Shown here in pieces: positions 53,615-64,000 of a stretch of 64,000 nucleotides of DNA. Within the stretch, counting starts at the first letter, position 1. Each line of letters begins with the position of its first letter. The notes below the pieces were generated by a model. That model was given only the letters and a program-made list of their open reading frames with translations, made no database searches and was not told where the DNA came from. The position numbers were made by a program, and so were the translations under genes. Origin of the DNA: Adineta vaga (lineage: Eukaryota; Animalia; Rotifera); contig CP075492.1 of assembly GCA_021613535.1 (NCBI GenBank), positions 16,492,001 to 16,556,000 of the forward strand. The letters are read 5' to 3'.

Positions 53615-55504
53615 TATTTTTGTTAAAAATAACTATCAACACTCGTTTCGTTTCGTTTCGTTGCGGGCCAATCTGAAAATAAATATTGATCAAAATGAAA
53701 ATTTAAATTACTATATAGGCTTCTCGCGTTCTATAAGAACGCCACAAAATTACTTCTTGGCGTCAATGTTTTTTATCTTAAGACGGACGATAACTGCGTG
53801 TTATGTCTTTTTCTTTTCTTTCCTGTATATCTTTCTTTTTCTTCCACATATCTACATATTTACAGTTTTTCGTTCCTGTGATATATGGATTTTTCTCTTA
53901 TTTTTTATGTACTCCTTACAATGACCTATTTCTTTTTTTCTTTCGTCTAGACGTTCTTTTCCTCACTTATATAGAGAATTGTTTTTCTCTTTTTGTTCGA
54001 ATATACATATCTGTACGATTTACTAGATCATCGTTTGCATATATTAAACGAATTACCATATTTCCTTTCAACATATATCAATTCTTTCTTGAATACAAAA
54101 TATTAAAATCAGTTACGCAACTAACTATATATAATGTCGAATGAAAAGAAAAAATATATATGGAAATCTATTTATAAAAATGAAAGAAAGATAATGTTAC
54201 CTGTTATAAATCAGCAAACTCATGAAATAAAGTTTATGATTGATTCCGATGAAACGAATTCTTCGTAAGCGATATGGTGCAGATTTAAATCAAATACAGA
54301 AAACTATAGAAACATATCAACGGAGTAAAATTGAATCCGATTTTCAACAACAAAATGTTGATGATACGATTACCCAGGATGGTCGTTTTGGCCTCCAGGA
54401 CCGATAGAAAACGCCCGGAAAAGGAAGCAGTATTTTACCATACTCGGATTCGTTATCATTCCGCTTAAATTCCATAATTCGAAAACGATCATATTGGGAG
54501 ACATCTTCAATATATATCTATTTCGTTATATTCACAACACCAAAAACACTTTTAATCTTTTGATGATTTTTATGAATTTCTGTTCTCAAAACTTGAAGTT
54601 AATCATGAGTCTTCGACTGCAGTGAAACTCATCCAAAAGGATAATATATCACATATCGAACAAAGTGATTCAACTTCTACTCATGATATCACCAATTTGA
54701 TTGGTACGCACTGAATCGCAATAAAAACATGAAACTTTCAGGGAAAAAATCCTGAAATGCCTATTTATTTTCCGCAGTTTAGAAATTCAAAGGAACAGGA
54801 TAGGACCGAAACGAATTCCGAGTAAAATGCCTACTTGAGTTATCTGTGTTACTTCTGATTATTTTTTAAATATTTTATTCAAACACTTAGTCAATAAAAT
54901 ACGTTCTACTATTCATATAAATCACAAACAATAACAAATCATTTGACATGGAACGTTCTGATTTTAATCAGATATGTTTACACTAATATTGGAGTCATTT
55001 TCTATGATTATGTTACCTTATATATAATCTCACCTTTACTTCCAAAAAATATGTTCAAAATTATGTGAAGATAGCCACATTCAATCGATGATCGTTAATT
55101 AAAATTCTCTCACGAAAACAGATAACTCTAGATATAAGTCGTTTTTATGAGGTTGTATATAGCTGTGACGATCTCTGATCCAAGATGTGTTTGCGTTGAT
55201 GGAACTATGCTTTCATTTATTTCTTCCTGTTAACAATCGCATCGTTTTAATACAAAACACATGTCTAAATATATTCGTGCCATAAAGAGAACGATAGAAA
55301 AGATAAGAGGACAGAAAAAAGGGTTGTATCTATTTCCATTTAAAGACAAATATCATGCACACAGTGTGTGCAAACGAGAGTGTTACAATAGAAGATTTTT
55401 GCCCATCTGAGGATACGTGTTGACCGGTTATCTTGGTTTTTATTTTCAGTATTATACGTTGGACTTTTGTTGTTCGTTTTTAAAGCTTGGAAGTGATGAG
55501 TATG

Positions 55505-55576
55505 TTGAGGGTGTGGGTGAGGGTGGGTGAATGTGTCCAAGTATTCTCTTTAGCCACATTCTCATCCTCATCTCTC
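55505..55576. repeat. Telomeric-hexamer palindrome copy
   Basis: TTGAGGGTGTGGGTGAGGGTGGGTG...GTATTCTCTT...CCACATTCTCATCCTCA. Confidence 0.8.
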
Positions 55577-55676
55577 GAATGTAAGTCATCTAATTTATCA
55601 CATATTATCAGTAGGATAAACAGGTGCTACTAGAACAAGAGATACATACGAGCGAGTTTTTAGTGTGTGGGTGTGG

Positions 55677-55999
55677 AATATCAATAAATTTCTTGAAAAT
55701 ATTTGATGGAGCATCATATAGAGCATATATATTCAAATATGGTTGGCCAACACTTGCACTAACAGAGCAAATGAATTGAGCTTTGGGATCTCGATTATCC
55801 TTGTGAAAATTAAATACAGCAGTTAATACCGCATCGAATTCAAATTGTACATAGTAAAGAGCACCACCATACACTTCTGTTTATGGTAAAGCACGCACCT
55901 TGAAACTAATTACAATACCAAAATTATTGAGACCACCTTTGGGACCAAAGAATATATCTGAATATGATTCTTGGTTCACATAGGCAATAATCTCGTTGG
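55677..55999 (-). pseudogene. Internal fragment of a FAD-linked oxidase (BBE/VAO-type, fungal-like)
   Basis: ANEIIAYVNQESYSDIFFGPKGGLNNFGIVISFKVRALP*TEVYGG...DPKA...FIDIP matches the DLFWALKGG-NNFGIV signature. One in-frame TAA; both ends truncated. Confidence 0.75.
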
Positions 56000-56000
56000 C

Positions 56001-56067
56001 TGTGGGTGAGTATTGAGAGAACATGGTACCTACATCCGACCGTCACCCACACCCTCACCCTCAAGAT
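56001..56067. repeat. Telomeric-hexamer palindrome copy
   Basis: TGTGGGTGAG...GAGAGAACA...CACCCACACCCTCACCCTCAAGAT. Confidence 0.85.
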
Positions 56068-56875
56068 TTCGAATGCACATTAAAACATTCGTTGTCACTG
56101 ACCATAATGTAAATATTTTCCCATCAATATCTCGTTTTAATTGAATAGTAGAATGTTGAACACGTTTTATATGTACTAATGCTTCTCCATCTGCTTCTTC
56201 AGTTAAATAATTTGGCCATTCTGGTAATTGATTGAGAATCTCAGTTAAAGAAAACCAATGAAGAGAATGAACCTCTTCATTTTGAGAATACTTTCTCATT
56301 AACAGTTTTGCCTGTTCCGAAGTCACAAGAAATGGATAGATACTAATAGCATCAACAAATAAGAATCGTTTTACACGTAACTGATAATTATCAAGAATTT
56401 CTTATCTATCTGTAATAGTTTGTAATGCTCTCAATACTACTTCAGTGTGATCTTCACCCTTCTTACATGGATTTGAAGATGGAAATGCTAATAAAGACTG
56501 TCGAGTCGACTCTTTTTCATATTTTTGTCGTTTTTCTTTGAGAAACTTCGTTACAAATAATACCCATGTTGTATTATTCTCAATCTTATAAATCAATGGA
56601 AGAACCATTGTGCATCCAGTTGGATGCGTTGATAAATCTTTATAATTTACTTCATCACGAAGAAATAGACGATATTCTGCATTTGAACTATAATATATTC
56701 CTAATTTACCGCTTCGTTCTCTTCGTTGATATTCACAATCATCTGATTCATGTTGACCTTGATAACTTTCTAACCAATAACACGCATAACGTGGATTAAT
56801 CCATTTAACAGTCGTGCTTTCACTGATACCACTGTCCGCATAACTACACTTTCGAATGTTATTCGACGCCATCAA
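56030..56875 (-). pseudogene. Single reading frame with one in-frame TAA (56402-56404); degenerate Nudix-like features
   Basis: The frame continues through the stop (TDR*EILDNYQ...LVTSEQ). WVLFV...LLAFPS..KGED, EEVHSLHWFSL and TLWSVT loosely resemble a Nudix fold. Confidence 0.5.
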
Positions 56876-57696
56876 GAGAAAAAGCCATTTTTCTTTCTCT
56901 ATATACGGCGATGATGCCGTTGAAAGTTGTTTTTACTGTTCTCTACATCGTAGACATTTTTTTATCGAGAACAGTGTCTGAAGAAGGAAAATTTTATGTT
57001 TCTTTTTGCGTGTGATGATGTGTTAGGGGAAAAAAACCTATGTGCATCAATTTCTTCTATCAAACATGTCTGTGAAAGTCAATATATTTTCTGATCGATT
57101 CAATCGACGTATGATTCATTTGTATTGTTTTCTGATAAATCAACATCTTATGATCGTGAAACTTTTCTCAAAGAATTTTATTAGTAAAACAACATTTATG
57201 TAAAATACGTATTCGTTCCTCTTTCTCTTTTTTGAAAAAACTTCTATTGTTTTTTTATTTAGCTTTTCATGGTAAAGATTTTGTATTAGCATTGTCTAGT
57301 TTATATGATGAATTATCCTTATCCACAAAGTCGAGAAAAAATATGAAAATTGAATAGAATGTGTTATGAATGTTTAGATGATTTTCATATTTATTACACA
57401 ATTACTTTTTAAGAATAGTTCTCATTGTCGAAATAAAAGACTCATTTTACGACAATGAACCGATCATATCCTGAATTTTGATATTTTGTTTATCATGGAC
57501 ATTCGAAAAGTTTCCAAGAAGCTATACTCCGATGCAACAAATCTTAACATTCATCTTTATGTCACAGTTGAATACTGTCTATAGCATCCAAGTTTTTTTT
57601 CCAAAACAATTCATTTGAACTGACACCATATCGAATCATTGGTTGCATAAGTGCATTGTGTATAATTTATGACAATAAGAAGAAAAACGGCGAAAT

Positions 57697-57750
57697 GCGG
57701 TGTGGATGTAAGTGAGGCTTTACTTCTAATCCACACCCATACACCCACTC
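57697..57750. repeat. Telomeric-hexamer palindrome copy
   Basis: GCGGTGTGGATG...CCACACCCATACACCCACTC. Confidence 0.72.
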
Positions 57751-58102
57751 TAACGAAATAATCTTATACAATTAGAACTTCTGTTATAAGATTAATGTGA
57801 AATAATACTGATCGGTATGATACATATGTATCTTCTTCGAACTGAATGATTATAGAAAACTATTTTGAAATATTGATTATCATTACACTAGATTCAATTG
57901 TATAAGAACAAATTATGATATCCTTTTAAATTAAGAATCAAAATATTTTCATGAAATATTCAGAATTACTTTTTATTAACTTTTCTTATCAATTGATCGA
58001 TCACCTTTATCGTTAAGACACCAATGGCATCGATTTAAGTAGAAAAACAGACAATTTGATTTCCATTGCTTATCGATTATGATAGTTCGATGTTATCAAT
58101 AA

Positions 58103-59630
58103 TTAATAGATTTCTATAGTGTCGTATTCGTAATATGTTCCACCAATGACTAGCACACTTCCATTCATTAATATCGATGTTGTATGATCGACACGTGGTA
58201 ATTTCATCTTGCGAGCAATTGACCAAATACCAGTTAATGGATCATATATTTCAGTACTATCTAATATAGTTCCATTCCACCCACCAGTAATCAAGACTGT
58301 TCCATTTAAAAATAGAGATGCTGTATGACCGATTCTTGGAATATTCATCTTACCAGTGAATGTCCATTCATTTGTTAATGGATCATACAATTCAGAAGTG
58401 TCTAATGATGTTGACGAACCATGTAAACCACCAGTAACTAAAACTCTTCCATGCATTAATACAGTTGCTGTATGATACCATTCAACAGTCTTCATGCAAT
58501 CTGGTATTGACCATTTATTTGTTATTGGATTATATAATTCACTACTACTAGAAGGCGAATCTTGGCATACAAAATAATCTCCACCAACTACGAACACCTT
58601 TCCATCTGATAATAGAAATGCTGTATGACTTGAACGTTCGGAGTGCATCTCTTCTACCAAACTCCAAGTACCTTTTATTGGGTCATATAACTCAGCAGTT
58701 CTTAGCGTATAATCATGATTATTTCTTCCACCAGTCACTAATACTTCTCCATCATGCAATAGAGTAGCTGTGTGTTGAGCTCGTGGATATTTCATATTTC
58801 CTGTAGTTATCCATTTGTTCGTCGATGTATTGTATAATTCAGCACTAGCGTGGTATACATCCAAATAACTTCGTCCACCAATGATTAAAACTAATCCATT
58901 CTTTAACATAGATGCAGTATGATATTCTCTTTCAACAGACATGTTAGCAACGATTGTCCATTGATCTGTTAATGGATCATATAATTCACATTCAGAGAGA
59001 ACTGAACCCATATAAAATCCACCTGTAACTAATATTTGGCTATTTGTGAGCAATGTTGCCGTGTGATATTCTCGTGGTATATGCATTTCTCTGGTCTGTA
59101 CTGTTTCTAAGTGAATATAGATACATGTAAGTACAAGCTATGAATCTTTGAACTATGCCAATTTCTTTAAATATACTATATGTGAAGATATGGTTATCAC
59201 TCATGATATACTTGATCTTACATTTGCCATAGAAGGCAGATAGACATCGACTGGCTGATATGTATATTAAAATTCCGAGTTATACAGATTACTTCCAATT
59301 TCCTTACTCATATAACTATGAAAAGACAAACTAAAATCGTATGTTTCCATATTTGTCTATTCCACAGAACTTTACTTTTTGTGGTTGTCGTCGTTGTTGT
59401 CGTTGTTGTCGTTGCTGTTGTCGTTGTTGTCGTTGTTGTTGACGTTGTTGCCGTTGTTGTCGTTGTTGTTGTTGTTGTTATACTTGTAGTTATTCTTGTT
59501 GGTGTTATAAGTATATCGGATTGTTTTTTTGCTACAGTAATCGTTAGAATAACACTTATAACTAAGATTAATACAGAAATAATTGTAATTAACAAAATCT
59601 TTATCAGGTTCCTTCGAACATATTCACATC
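58103..59630 (-). CDS. Type II membrane protein with Thr-rich stalk and ~7 bacterial-type Kelch/galactose-oxidase repeats; 5' exon(s) not resolved
   Basis: TM LLITIISVLILVISVILTITV, poly-Thr, intron, then repeats of RxxHTAxLLxxGxVLVTGG...ELYDPxTxxW. Confidence 0.8.
59381..59479. repeat. (GTT/GTC)n trinucleotide repeat encoding poly-Thr on the minus strand
   Basis: Direct inspection. Confidence 0.9.
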
Positions 59631-60392
59631 TACAGAGAAAAAGAAAAGATAAAGTATGAAATTATATCAATTCATACAATATTCTTAAGTGAGAAGTCGA
59701 TGTTTCTAATGGATTCAATTCATTTGATTGAAACTAAAATGATGAAAAAATACTCAAAGTTAGTTTTTGTCTTCATAAAAAATTTACTTGAACAACTTGT
59801 ATTTTATTCATAATAACTAAAACACATTTAGAATAATTCTAAAATATCAGATTTATAAAGAAGAACAAGTTCTTTTTTCTCTGCAGGATCTAGAGACATG
59901 TTGATATTGATATGATAAAATTTATTGTTGTTCTTTTTTCTATGAAGTATAACGAAGAAAAAAAAGAACAGATGTTAGTTAGTTTTTTTTATTGTAAGTA
60001 TAATTAATGAAGAGGAAATGTTTGTTTTCTGTTCAGGATTTAATTTAATATTAATTTCTAGTAAGTATAGCTTATTATTGATTTAATTTAGTTTCAATTA
60101 AAACAAGTTTTCTAGTTTTCTCAAAAAGAAAAGCTTATAAAATGTTTTTTATATTTATAGAATATTGCGTTTACTACATATGTCTCACCAATATAAAACT
60201 CTAACTGATATAAAAAAATTTGCAAGGAAAATAAAAAGGATTAACAAATGAAGTTTTATCTACTGAAACAAAATGATGCAGATGGTAGCACACGAATGGT
60301 AAATGTATTACGACGTATCCATCTTAGTCGTAAATATTTTTCCAGAAAATGTTTAATGTCTAATTCTACTGCAAATAGGCCTTTTAAGATAC

Positions 60393-60440
60393 GTGGGTGA
60401 GGCTGTGGGTGTGCGTAGAGAGACTAAGTCCACACCCTCA
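60393..60440. repeat. Telomeric-hexamer palindrome copy
   Basis: GTGGGTGAGGCTGTGGGTGTG...CCACACCCTCA. Confidence 0.75.
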
Positions 60441-62239
60441 TTTTTCATCAAAATCAATTTGATTTAAAATTTAATTTTAACTAAAACAATCAAATCAGAA
60501 TTTTGATTTAGTTTTATTAAAAAATTCAATTGACAGATAAAATTAAAATAAAAACTTTTTTTTGATATATAAAAGATTCGAAGTTATTAGTAAGATATTC
60601 TTCTCGGAAAAAAAGTAAATCACAATGCTATTTATATGCTTCCTATAAAATCAAATAATAAAGGATATGAAACAATATCTGATGATTACATGTTAAAGTT
60701 GACATAATCAACATTTATTGTTCCTAATAAATACAATCATATAACATTCATAATTAAATCCGTAGAAAAAGTACAAATTTCTAATGCAGTTATTTTAATT
60801 TAGGCAAACTGAATACCAACATGTTTCGATATAATAATCATACTTCTTATATGTCGACTTGAACTGATTGTTGATTCATCGTCAATAAATGTTACTTGTT
60901 GCATAACTCTTGCTATAATTACTTTTAATTCAAACGATATGACCACTACCAAATGGTATCAATGCATATCAACGATGATTTTTATCTTTGTATAAAAATC
61001 TTTCTATATAATTGAATACCATTTTCAGGAAGATAATTATCCGTATAATTAATGTTCGAACAGTTCCTTCAGCCAGTGGAGTATAACGGAGTAATTCATT
61101 GATAACATGTGGATATCTACTTATAAAATGAATAAATCAAGCTAAAGCCGTCGATGTTCTTTCATAACCAGTAATCATAATAGCTAACATTTCTTGTTAA
61201 TTTGTTTTTCATTTTTCTTGCAATAACAACAAAAATCTAAACTAACCTGTAAGAGTAATGAATTCACTTGGGAAAAGAACATAAAATTGTTCAAGAAAAA
61301 GATTACCTTGTTCATAAATAGTTCGATGAGTAAATATATGTTGAACATCATTAATATTACTAATAGCAATTAGACGTAGAGGACCAAAGAAAAATTGAAA
61401 AATATCACCATAACATTGCTTATATTTTTCAGATATTTGAGGTCGAGATTTACCATGTAGATATAACTCGATTGAATTACATTTCCAAAGAGAAAATGTG
61501 GTGATAAACTAGGTATTGAATTACGAAAAATAAAATATTAATCAAGATTTCTATAAATTATCTACAAAAACAATCGACAAGATTCTTTTCTCATTAATTA
61601 TAATCTATTAATTAAATATGTGACAGAACGAGTCAATCGCTAATGACATGTAGCATTTAACGTTATGTCAATCGTGACGACGTCATCGAAGCTTTTTCTA
61701 TTTATTCGCTTTTAATTCTTGAATGCAATAACATAATATGATGCAAAGAACGTGTTCGAAAAATATTCACTCCCATCTATCTCTTGAGGACACCTACGGA
61801 ATAACGTACTTTTTTTATGCGTATAAAATGCATTATTTGGAAAAAAAACAACTAATTTCGATGATTTAAAGTATTACGACAGTTTGCTGTCATGGTGGAC
61901 GAAACAATTTCTATGCATTATAATTTTAAACGATCGTTCCTCTCATTTAATCATTTGCTTGTGACTAACGTTACTTTGATACATATAATTTCTTATTTTC
62001 AATATAGATACGAAAACATACGTGACGATCGTTAATGTTTGATTTTTTTATACGAACGATAGAGAATATGTTTGCATGCTTTCAATTATACTATTGATGC
62101 AGAATCAGTGAAGCGATAATTTTAGAAGCAATATAATGTTGAGAGTAATGATGAGAATGAAAAATCGATATATTATTTTACATTTAAATGACGTCGAACG
62201 ATCTACCTTCAGAACAGTCTATTGATGTTGAGTTAAAAA

Positions 62240-64000
62240 ATGATACGAATGGTATTACCACCAAACTCAATAAGGTTAAGTACGTATTATATATTTCATT
62301 TTAATTCTGTTGTACGGCTGACTTTCTTAGGACAACTATTCTATCGTTTATATCGTGTTCAATCAATATAGGCTGTTTGTTTTCGATACTAACAAGCATC
62401 AGCATTGTCATCGGTGTTCTAACAGTTTGTCTCACATCGCCAAAACCACTAGGTATGTCTTCAAATATGATTAAACTAAATCGACACTTCGAGTTTTATA
62501 TATATCATATAGGTAGAGTATGTAAATTCGTCCTGAAATCAGAAGCTCTCAGTTCGATTAATGTTGATTCTCATCCACATTCGATTGCCGTCGGAGATTT
62601 CAATAATGATGGTCTTCTTGATATGGTCGTTCCAAATTCGGGTACAAATTGTATTGGAGTATTTCTACGAGACAGCAATAATACATTCAAAGATCAAATG
62701 ATATATTCAACAGGTATTCGCTCAATTCCATATTCAGTAGCTGTCGCAGATTTCAATCATGATCAACGACTGGATATTGCGGTGGCAAATTTTGGCACGA
62801 ACAATGTGGGCATCTTTCTTAGCACCATCAATAGTACTTTTAGTTCTCAGACAATATTTTCCACTCGATCATCTCGTCCACGATATATTGCTACGAGTGA
62901 TTTCAATAACGATACAATAATCGATATTGCTGTTGTCAATCATGGTACTAACGATATTGGCATTCTTCTAGGCGATGGTAATGGGAACTTTGTTAACTGG
63001 AAAACTTTCTCCACTGGATTTGATTCTCTTCCGTACTCGCTCGCTATTAGTGATGTCAATCATGATGGTCAACCTGATCTTGTCGTTGTTAATTTTGGTA
63101 CTAGAAATGTAGGTCTTTTCTTGGGTAATAGAGATGGATCATTTCAAAGTCAAATGATTATTGACATTGATCATAATTCTCAACCGTATTCAGTTACACT
63201 TGCCGATCTGAACCAAGATACTCACATTGACATTGTGGTTGTATCTTCCAATACGGACAAAATTATCGTTTTGCTAGGTTTTGGAACCGGATATTTCTTC
63301 TTATCGAATGAATATTCAACCGGTAATAATTCTTCACCTCGATCAGCAGTTATCAGTGATTTTGATAATGATACGAAAGTTGACATTGCAGTGATTACCT
63401 ATGGCAGTTCAAGTGTAATTCTATTCTTGGGACATGGAAATGGTATCTTCTCTGACGGAATGATTTATTATACTAGCATTGATTCTCAACCGTACGCAAT
63501 GACAAGTTGTGACTTCAACAATGACACTCAAATGGACATCTCTACCGTTAACTATGACTATAACTATGTTGATATTGTGCTAACTTATAGAAACTATAGT
63601 TTTTTAAATCAGATTACGTATGGAATCACTGGTATTAATCCTAATCCGAAATCCATCACTGTAATTGATTTGAATAATGATAATCGACTCGATGTCATCG
63701 TTGCAAACTATAATACTAGTGAGATGAGTGTATTTCTTGGTATCAATAATGGTACCTTTTCGATTCCGACCAGTTTTTCCACTGGAAGTGATACTGGACT
63801 ATGTGCCATTGTTTTGGGTGATTTTAATAATGACAAACTAATAGACATTGTCGTAGCCAATGATAAAACTAACAATATAGCTGTATTTCTTGGTTATGGC
63901 GATGGTAATTTTTCGGATGAACCAATTTCTTCGTATGATGGCAATATTCAACCATCGGCTATCGATGCCGGTGATCTGAATAAAGACGATCGACTTGATT
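62240..64000 (+). CDS. FG-GAP/VCBS-repeat membrane-anchored protein, runs off the window (exons 62240-62274, 62331-62452, 62513->64000)
   Basis: N-terminal TM, then many repeats of PxSIAVGDFNNDGxLDxVVxN...VFLGxGxGxF. Missing from the ORF track because there is no stop in the window. Confidence 0.85.

Noticed and set aside
59318-59659. Plus-strand poly-Val ORF
   Set aside because: Antisense of the poly-Thr stalk exon.

Overview
AT-rich eukaryotic DNA with short (~47-210 bp) GT-AG introns. The gene set points to a bdelloid rotifer (Adineta/Rotaria-like); this is an inference. It includes LDLa/EGF-7TM receptors, ADP-ribosyltransferase (ART)-TPR and ART-LRR proteins, Apple+LamG, FG-GAP and bacterial-type Kelch proteins, and microbial-type enzymes with spliceosomal introns. 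Contents: (1) an apparently intact 4.3 kb pogo/Fot1-like DD35D transposon with ~0.6 kb TIRs and TA target duplication; (2) a GC-richer, five-exon, ~2840-codon reducing type I PKS (KS-AT-DH-MT-ER-KR-ACP-TE remnant) with a single +1 frameshift in AT; (3) about 13 further probably intact genes, among them a secreted 8-Cys peptide precursor the ORF track misses; (4) many pseudogene fragments. The most striking unexplained structure is a dispersed family of ~25 short (mostly 45-75 bp; a few single arms) palindromes built from the bdelloid telomeric hexamers TGTGGG/TGAGGG in head-to-head orientation (ATCTTGAGGGTGTGGGTG...spacer...CACCCACACCCTCAAGAT). They sit mostly just past gene 3' ends, supply the stop codon or C-terminus of three ORFs, and bracket a truncated oxidase fragment exactly at its breakpoints. 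No rRNA, tRNA or CRISPR array was recognised. Exon boundaries were derived by hand.
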